The notes beneath the pieces are model-generated. The model was not told where the DNA came from. It made no database searches and saw nothing but the letters and a program-made list of their open reading frames with translations. A program made the position numbers and the translations under genes. 64,000 nucleotides of DNA from Ferruginibacter sp. GTDB lineage: Bacteria > Bacteroidota > Bacteroidia > Chitinophagales > Chitinophagaceae. Of the stretch, positions 58,212-64,000 are shown in pieces. Positions within the stretch are counted from its first letter, which is position 1. The number at the start of each line of letters is the position of its first letter. Where the stretch lies: contig JBDSLD010000418.1 in NCBI GenBank assembly GCA_039916545.1, positions 2,087 to 66,086 on the forward strand. The letters are read 5' to 3'.

Positions 58212-59000
58212 TTACAGGTGCCTTAAATAATGATCCGGGTTATCCAGGAATGTTTTTGTTATCCGGTAATGATCGGTCTCTTTGTATCCTACCAGTTTCA
58301 TTTCCGTTTCCTGTATCTCATAAAGACTTGCGCCGGGGATGCCCATTAATATTGGCGAGTGGGTAGCAATGATAAACTGCGCATTTTTTTCCTTCAATAC
58401 TTCCAGGATATACGATATCAACGATAGTTGTTTCAACGGAGAAAGCGCCGCTTCCGGTTCATCCAGCAGGTAGATGCCTTTGTCGCCTATTCTTGTTTGC
58501 AATATTTTAAGGTAAGCTTCCCCATGAGAAAAAGCCTGCATGTCTTCTCCGTAATCTCTGCGCATCAGGTGAAGTGTATAGTTCATGCTTTCACTCATCT
58601 TCGCAATAATGCTGTCATCCACCACCCCCTCCAGGTCACGCAGGTCGCCGGCTATTTTGTTTCTTTCCTTTTCTACAGCATTAATAAAATCGCTGAAGTC
58701 TTCTGCCCTGAAAAAAAAGCCTTTACTTGTTTGCCTTCTCCATGTTATTTTAAGATAAGGCTGTATTAATCGCGCAGCCTCAAAACCCGGATGACTTTTT
58801 ATAAAACCTCCAATCAACGGCAGGTTCAGCTGATAGGCGATACTTTCCAGTAAAGTAGATTTACCGCTTCCGTTATCGCCTACAAAAATGGTTACTTTAT
58901 TATCAAGTACTACGTCCCTGGCATATAATACCGCAGGGATATTGAATGGAAATGGGTGTTGTTTTTCTGTAGCAATGGAGAAAGAATCTATGAATGGCAT
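58212..59000 (-). CDS. stand-alone ABC-type/AAA_21-like ATPase (COG3910-like)
   Basis: Walker A reads FVGDNGSGKSTLLESIA. The signature-like block is FSHGEAYL. Walker B reads IYLLDEPEAALSP and the H-loop IIATHSPIL. There is no TM or nuclease domain. Confidence 0.85.
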   Translation of the reverse strand: MPFIDSFSIATEKQHPFPFNIPAVLYARDVVLDNKVTIFVGDNGSGKSTLLESIAYQLNLPLIGGFIKSHPGFEAARLIQPYLKITWRRQTSKGFFFRAEDFSDFINAVEKERNKIAGDLRDLEGVVDDSIIAKMSESMNYTLHLMRRDYGEDMQAFSHGEAYLKILQTRIGDKGIYLLDEPEAALSPLKQLSLISYILEVLKEKNAQFIIATHSPILMGIPGASLYEIQETEMKLVGYKETDHYRITKTFLDNPDHYLRHL

Positions 59001-59156
59001 AACGTAGTTGCGATTAAATAAATGAAAAGCTGTTTAGGGCAGACCCTCTTTATTTATGTTAATGTAGCAAATATTTTAGTTTAAATGGCAATTGAAGCAC
59101 GGTTTTATACTTTTAAAAATGATTCAGGATAAGGCATGTAGTCACCTGTTGCCTTA

Positions 59157-59843
59157 CTAAAATGCAGCCTTTCTCCCCGCATTTATATAACCGCTTGCAA
59201 TAAAATATTGAGCGGCGCAATAGCTCAGCATGATGAGAACACCGGCAAGCGGCAGGGGTTGATAAAATTTATTAATGGCTAATAATGAATCTGATAAAAC
59301 AAAGAGTGCGGCGCCTGTTACATAAAACCGGTTAGCCGGTTCTTTTACCTTTTGATAAATATGGATGCTGCATAATAACATGCTGCAGATAACCGTCGAA
59401 TAAATAAGAACAGGAATTTTTAATGCACCAAGATGGGGGAAGAGCAGCCATACCAGCGCTGCGCCATAGCCAGCCACGATTAAAATGTAAACCGGCCGTT
59501 TTTTTAACAGCGAGGATGTTCTTTGTTTAACAAAAAGAAAAAAAATAATATAGCAGATATGAGCGATTAAAAAACTTACAAGCCCCGCTATAAAAAAGGT
59601 TGGATTTAAATCTTCAAGCAATAGGAATACATCTCCCAGCCATGAAAAAAATACTGCAGCAATTATTTGGTTTCGGCCAGCTATTTCCACGCCGGAATTA
59701 AACAAATGAAATGCCAGCGCCGGCATCAGTAACGGTTTGGCAATAAAAAGCAACCAGGAAATATTGAACATTACCGCTACCAGGTCAGTTAATACCAGTA
59801 GCCAAAATAAAAGGCCCGATCTGCGAAAAGACATTCTTTTCAT
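59157..59843 (-). CDS. YhhN-family lysoplasmalogenase-like membrane protein
   Basis: It has about 8 TM helices and the two YhhN acidic motifs ...FSWLGDVFLLLED... and ...LFVLSDSLLAINKF.... Confidence 0.75.
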   Translation of the reverse strand: MKRMSFRRSGLLFWLLVLTDLVAVMFNISWLLFIAKPLLMPALAFHLFNSGVEIAGRNQIIAAVFFSWLGDVFLLLEDLNPTFFIAGLVSFLIAHICYIIFFLFVKQRTSSLLKKRPVYILIVAGYGAALVWLLFPHLGALKIPVLIYSTVICSMLLCSIHIYQKVKEPANRFYVTGAALFVLSDSLLAINKFYQPLPLAGVLIMLSYCAAQYFIASGYINAGRKAAF

Positions 59844-59880
59844 AGCTATTCAGCGCCGCCTGGCTTATATATTTATTGTA

Positions 59881-60774
59881 CTAAAACTTTACATAAGGGT
59901 TACCGCCAAAAAATTTCCGCAATGAATCTTTGGCTCTCAAAGTATCTGACAGCGGTGCGTTGAAAGGCATTGCTAATTCGTAACTGGAAGAATCTGTTGT
60001 AAGCAGAACAAGTTTATGGCCGTAAGCGCTCAACTTGTTAAGTGCTTTTTCCGCGGCCGCCTGGGTTGGATAACTTTTTAGCACGATTCTAAAACCACTG
60101 CTTTCTGTCCTTACAATGGGCGGTGCAACAAGTGCCGCCTGAGTATCGATCGCTGGTTTAACAGCGGAATCTTTTTTTGTTGTATCTGCTACTATTTCAG
60201 TCTGCGCCACTGATTCAGGCTCGCTTGTTTTTTTATTCATTAGTACATAATAAATACCCAAACCTATCAATACTATTACCAGCGCGGTCATAAAAATAAT
60301 GAGGTTCCTGCGACTGTTATTTACCCTGCCTTCACTTTCAAAGGATACACTTTCATCCCTTTTTTCTCTTACCTGTTTAGGAATGTCATCAATTTTCGGC
60401 GTAATGAAAATGCCCGGTGTAAACTGGTAATTTCCCTGTTGATTTTTTTGTACGGTGCCAACACCATCGATCACCAGCGGTTTGCCGATGTTAAGGAATT
60501 GCTTTGCCAGCATCGAGTATGATTCAAGATCGGAAGATGCAAGCGGTAATATTTTTCTCGTATGCTGTACAATATATTTAACCAATCCTTCATCTTCCCC
60601 CACCTTTAAATTGTATTCGAACTGAAAGGCGTTTTCCGGCATGATAAAATCCTTGTCTTTCTCATTTCCGGCAGGCAGTATTACGGAGGGATCCAATTTG
60701 AAAATGCCAATTCCCTGCAGTGTAACCTGTTTGTTGAGGTACAAATATTGAACGATCAGTTGTTCTATTTTCAC
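59881..60774 (-). CDS. SPOR-like domain protein with N-terminal HU/CCDC81-like repeats and a central TM helix
   Basis: The N-terminus MKIEQLIVQYLYLNKQVTLQGIGIFKLD is HU-like. The TM helix reads LIIFMTALVIVLIGLGIYYVL. The C-terminus GFRIVLKSYPTQAAAEKALNKLSAYGHKLVLL...ELAMPF resembles SPOR. Confidence 0.6.
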   Translation of the reverse strand: MKIEQLIVQYLYLNKQVTLQGIGIFKLDPSVILPAGNEKDKDFIMPENAFQFEYNLKVGEDEGLVKYIVQHTRKILPLASSDLESYSMLAKQFLNIGKPLVIDGVGTVQKNQQGNYQFTPGIFITPKIDDIPKQVREKRDESVSFESEGRVNNSRRNLIIFMTALVIVLIGLGIYYVLMNKKTSEPESVAQTEIVADTTKKDSAVKPAIDTQAALVAPPIVRTESSGFRIVLKSYPTQAAAEKALNKLSAYGHKLVLLTTDSSSYELAMPFNAPLSDTLRAKDSLRKFFGGNPYVKF

Positions 60775-60856
60775 AAATATTTATTTCGTTGAACCAAACC
60801 TACTTAATATTAATCAATTTGCAAAACTACAATCTATTATTGGTTAACTTTGCAAA

Positions 60857-61201
60857 ATGATCAGTGAAAAGGAAACGGCATTCCTGCGATACTGGGAACG
60901 TAACCGGGATAATGAAAACACTTTTATCAGTAAACTTACGAGAGGATTCCCTATGGCACTGTTATTTGGCCTTCCCATCATTTTATTAATTGTTGTTGTA
61001 AAACTCTTCTTTCCCGATTGGTACATGAAAATATCCGGAACATCGCCGGGCACATTCGTGACTGCTGTCATTGCAATGCTTGGGGTAGTCATGTTCTATG
61101 CTTATTTCAGGATGCAATACAAATGGGAAATGAATGAGCAATTGTATAAAGAATTAAAATCCAAAGAAAATAAATCCGACAATAAAACAAATATTCACTA
61201 A
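60857..61201 (+). CDS. hypothetical two-TM membrane protein
   Basis: It has two clear hydrophobic helices (FPMALLFGLPIILLIVVVKLFF and FVTAVIAMLGVVMFYAYF). I recognise no family. Confidence 0.5.
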   Translation: MISEKETAFLRYWERNRDNENTFISKLTRGFPMALLFGLPIILLIVVVKLFFPDWYMKISGTSPGTFVTAVIAMLGVVMFYAYFRMQYKWEMNEQLYKELKSKENKSDNKTNIH

Positions 61202-61212
61202 TTAAAAAGAAC

Positions 61213-61701
61213 ATGCGAAACAAACTTTTTTTTATGCTGGCCCTGCCTTTGATATTCGCGGCCTGTAAAAAATCAAATGAATGCCCGTACACTATGACAA
61301 CAACGGTTGCACCTGCTGCCGAAGTAGCTAATTTGAAAATGTACCTGGATACAAATGCGCTGCCTTACACCCAGCACCCCAGTGGGATTTTTTACCAGGT
61401 AATCACTCCTGGTTCAGGTGCCGTACCTGGTGTATGCTCCAATCTAACGGTCAAGTATAAGGGCCAGTTAACAAATGGCGCCGGTTTTGACAGCAGCTAC
61501 CAGCGCTTCCCCGATGGTATTGCCTTCACTTTGGGTGAATTGATTCCCGGATGGCAGATCGGCATACCTTTAATTCAGAAGGGGGGTTCTATCATTTTGT
61601 ATATTCCGCCAACACTAGGTTATGGAAGCAGGGGAAACGGTCCGCTGGTTCCGGGTAACTCTAACCTGGTTTTTAAAATAGACCTGTTGAACGTTCAATA
61701 A
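61213..61701 (+). CDS. FKBP-type peptidyl-prolyl isomerase (lipoprotein)
   Basis: It has the lipobox LIFAACKK. The FKBP core reads VTVKYKGQLTNGAGFDSSY...FTLGELIPGWQIGIPLIQKGGSIILYIPPTLGYG...LVFKIDLLNV. Confidence 0.9.
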   Translation: MRNKLFFMLALPLIFAACKKSNECPYTMTTTVAPAAEVANLKMYLDTNALPYTQHPSGIFYQVITPGSGAVPGVCSNLTVKYKGQLTNGAGFDSSYQRFPDGIAFTLGELIPGWQIGIPLIQKGGSIILYIPPTLGYGSRGNGPLVPGNSNLVFKIDLLNVQ

Positions 61702-61713
61702 AAAATAAGCTAA

Positions 61714-63141
61714 TTGAGTCACGAAGCCATTTCCATATTTGACATGTTTAAAATAGGGGTGGGCCCCAGCAGCAGTCATACCCTCGGACCATGGAGAGCG
61801 GCGCTGCGTTTTTTGCGGTCACTGGAAAACCTCGATATTTTGCAGCAGGTGAAAAATATCGAGGTCTTGTTATATGGTTCCCTGGCAAAAACAGGCATCG
61901 GTCATGGTACCGACGTGGCGATTCAATTGGGCTTGAGTGGCGAGGATCCCGTAACCTTTGATGTTGATATGATCTCCGCTAAAATGGACGATATAAAAGC
62001 AATGAAGAAATTATTGCTGAGCGGCAGGCATGAGATCGATTTTGATCCGATGGAAGACATAGAATTTTTATTTGCCGAATCTCTGCCTTTCCATCCCAAT
62101 GCATTGACTTTTTTAGTGACGCTCCATAATGGGGAAACATTCGCGGAAACTTATTATTCCATAGGCGGTGGCTTTGTGTTAAAAGAAGGAGAATCGGTGA
62201 TTGGAAATGACCAGCCGGTATTGCCTTTTCCGGTCAATACCGCCAATGATCTTTTACATTGGTGCATGAAAACCGGTATGGCTATCAGTGAAGTGGTGAT
62301 GGAAAATGAATTGACGTGGCGCACTGAAAAGCAGGTCAGGGAACAGGTACTAAATATTTGGCGGGTGATGAAGGAATGCATCTACAGGGGTTGTCATACA
62401 GAAGGCACTTTACCGGGGGGACTTAATGTAAAACGCCGGGGCTTCAAATTAAATAAGCGGTTGGTCGGCGATCTTTCTTATCATGGATACGAAAACTGGC
62501 TGGCTACGATAAGAAAGGGCGGAAGCGACTTTAAATATATATTGGATTGGGTAAGTTGTTTTGCTTTGGCAGTCAATGAAGAGAACGCTTCTTTCGGAAG
62601 AGTAGTTACAGCGCCTACCAACGGTGCTGCCGGGGTGATACCTGCGGTACTTCAATATTACATTAGTTTTTGTGATGGCGGCCATGATGAAAGCATCACC
62701 CGGTTTTTATTAACTGCGGGGGAAATAGGCAGCATATTTAAAAAAGGTGCCACCATTTCCGCTGCCATGGGCGGTTGCCAGGCAGAGATAGGTGTAAGCA
62801 GTGCAATGGCGGCGGCAGCGCTTACGGAATGTATGGGCGGCACACAGCGCCAGACTTTAATGGCTGCTGAAATAGCGATGGAACATCATCTTGGCCTCAC
62901 CTGTGACCCCATCGGTGGATTAGTACAAATACCTTGTATCGAACGAAATACAATGGGTGCGATAAAAGCCATCACCGCCTGTCAGCTTGCCTTGCAAAGT
63001 TCTCCCGATTTTGCTAAAGTAAGCCTGGATGGAGTGATAAAAACGATGTGGGAAACCGCGCTTGATATGAACAGTAAATACAAAGAAACATCAGATGGTG
63101 GGCTTGCAATAAATATCCCGATCAGTTTAAGTGAATGTTAG
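61714..63141 (+). CDS. sdaA: L-serine ammonia-lyase (iron-sulfur, single-chain alpha+beta form)
   Basis: The N-terminal block reads [21 protein letters not shown]. Further blocks are ...[16 protein letters not shown]... and ...[16 protein letters not shown].... The track start is a TTG at 61714. Confidence 0.95.
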   Translation: MSHEAISIFDMFKIGVGPSSSHTLGPWRAALRFLRSLENLDILQQVKNIEVLLYGSLAKTGIGHGTDVAIQLGLSGEDPVTFDVDMISAKMDDIKAMKKLLLSGRHEIDFDPMEDIEFLFAESLPFHPNALTFLVTLHNGETFAETYYSIGGGFVLKEGESVIGNDQPVLPFPVNTANDLLHWCMKTGMAISEVVMENELTWRTEKQVREQVLNIWRVMKECIYRGCHTEGTLPGGLNVKRRGFKLNKRLVGDLSYHGYENWLATIRKGGSDFKYILDWVSCFALAVNEENASFGRVVTAPTNGAAGVIPAVLQYYISFCDGGHDESITRFLLTAGEIGSIFKKGATISAAMGGCQAEIGVSSAMAAAALTECMGGTQRQTLMAAEIAMEHHLGLTCDPIGGLVQIPCIERNTMGAIKAITACQLALQSSPDFAKVSLDGVIKTMWETALDMNSKYKETSDGGLAINIPISLSEC

Positions 63142-63180
63142 TATGGTAAGGGCAATCCCTGCCCAATTCAAACTGACCGT

Positions 63181-64000
63181 TTAATTTATCCAGTTGAATT
63201 TATATTCCAGCGGAGCTTTCTGACTTCTTCCGGCTACTCTGCGGAAACGCTCGGGTAATGCCATCAGGTAATCCCTTGCTTTTTCCGCCTTGCCATTTAA
63301 TTCAGTGATATTACCAATGTTCCATTCTTTAATTAAAGACTCTAAAATATCCGTGTAATCCCAACTGGTGTACACTCCCAGGCGTTGGGCCGCATCGCTG
63401 AAATGATCATAGGCCTGCCCGATCTTTTCACCCGACTGGCGTAAAAAATGTGCCGGCATCACTATCTTCTTGCGCATCATATCTTCAAAAGCGAGCATCA
63501 TTTCACTTGGATCAACTTCAAATATTTTAGTCACAAAACTTTTATACGCTTTTGCATGTCGCGCCTCGTCGGATGCAATTACACCGCAGATCTTGGATAA
63601 CTGCGCGCATCCATTTGTTTTTGCGATCGTTGCGGTTCTACGGTGAGAAATATTGGTAGCCAGTTCCTGGAAAGAGGTATAGACGAAGTTCCTGTAGGGA
63701 TCCCGGCCAGTGCCAATATCAAAGCCGTCGGCGATTAAGTATTGCGTGCTGATCTCCATTTGTTTCATGTTGACCCTGCCCGACAGGTAGATAAATTTAT
63801 TCAGCAGATCACCATGCCTGTTCTCTTCCGCGGTCCACATCCTTACCCATTTGCTCCATCCCTGCGGATCCATTTTATCGATACCCTCTACATCCGTTAG
63901 CCAGCTCTGGTAAGTTGGCAGAGCTTCTTCCGTGATGATATCACCTACCAATACGGCCAGGTAATCATACGGCAATTCCCTGCTTTGTTCCTGCAGTTCC
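63181..64000 (-). CDS. soluble di-iron acyl-ACP desaturase (FA_desaturase_2), N-terminus beyond the window
   Basis: The di-iron motifs are WTAEENRHGDLLNKF and ASDEARHAKAY; another block is ...ITEEALPTYQSWL.... The frame stays open upstream of the TTG at 63975 (ELQEQSRE-) to position 63999, so the gene is truncated by the window edge. Confidence 0.85.
   Translation of the reverse strand, partial: ELQEQSRELPYDYLAVLVGDIITEEALPTYQSWLTDVEGIDKMDPQGWSKWVRMWTAEENRHGDLLNKFIYLSGRVNMKQMEISTQYLIADGFDIGTGRDPYRNFVYTSFQELATNISHRRTATIAKTNGCAQLSKICGVIASDEARHAKAYKSFVTKIFEVDPSEMMLAFEDMMRKKIVMPAHFLRQSGEKIGQAYDHFSDAAQRLGVYTSWDYTDILESLIKEWNIGNITELNGKAEKARDYLMALPERFRRVAGRSQKAPLEYKFNWIN

Noticed and set aside
58212-59000. 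The stand-alone AAA/ABC-type ATPase as an anti-phage defence gene (Septu PtuA, Gabija GajA or PARIS AriA-like).
   Set aside because: It is only 262 aa, with no fused or adjacent nuclease, TOPRIM or HNH partner. Its neighbours are a YhhN membrane protein and a non-coding gap. It better fits the small COG3910-type housekeeping ATPases.
1-64000. tRNA, rRNA, transposase, integrase or prophage signatures that would mark a mobile island.
   Set aside because: Reading the intergenic regions and all track ORFs, I found no cloverleaf-like sequences, no DDE, tyrosine or serine recombinase motifs, and no phage structural genes. A tRNAscan or Infernal run would be needed to exclude small RNAs definitively.

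Overview
This 64-kb chromosomal segment reads as a soil-type Bacteroidota genome, probably Chitinophagaceae or Sphingobacteriia-like. The signals for that are T9SS type-A and type-B C-terminal sorting domains, LytS/LytTR sensing, DUF2911 and heptamer 'GATGCTG' microsatellites. I saw no rRNA, tRNA, CRISPR array, transposase or integrase.

Gene content in order:
- An AraC regulator.
- A ~17-kb AT-rich Wzx/Wzy-dependent exopolysaccharide locus: wza, a nitroreductase fusion, wzc, wzx, wzy, four glycosyltransferases, a hexapeptide acetyltransferase, a pyruvyl transferase, an opposite-strand beta-helix protein and a WbaP-type initiating transferase.
- A BCCP / biotin carboxylase / carboxyltransferase operon.
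- A DUF692 (MNIO) oxidase gene preceded by a 54-aa ORF that is absent from the supplied track.
- An MFS transporter and a DUF2911 protein.
- A T9SS-secreted M36 fungalysin, an S1/P1 nuclease, a Bcr/CflA efflux pump, a cyclophilin, a cold-shock-domain protein and a nitroreductase.
- A PKD-rich T9SS type-B adhesin gene interrupted by one in-frame TAG.
- A composite repeat region with inverted heptamer arrays and 138-bp hairpin repeats.
- A LiaF-like / DUF4288 / LytS / LytTR envelope-stress module.
- A cluster of beta-lactam-type enzymes: B1 metallo-beta-lactamase, P450, class-C-like serine hydrolase and S45 penicillin/AHL acylase.
- Two tandem DUF418 membrane proteins.
- An unassignable three-gene envelope operon.
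- A COG3910-like ATPase, a YhhN lysoplasmalogenase, a SPOR-like protein, an FKBP, L-serine dehydratase and a truncated soluble acyl-ACP desaturase.

The best candidate for a novel system is the hidden precursor peptide MKVSKTLIQAMLVAVTAGLISSCEKPGVDAGKKVPTEKSKTTSYPDNCPACGMG (25039-25203, minus strand). It lies 33 nt upstream of the DUF692/MNIO gene. This looks like a chryseobasin-type RiPP cassette in an unusual format: the leader resembles a lipoprotein signal peptide, there is no separate partner gene, and the enzyme carries a ~110-aa C-terminal extension.
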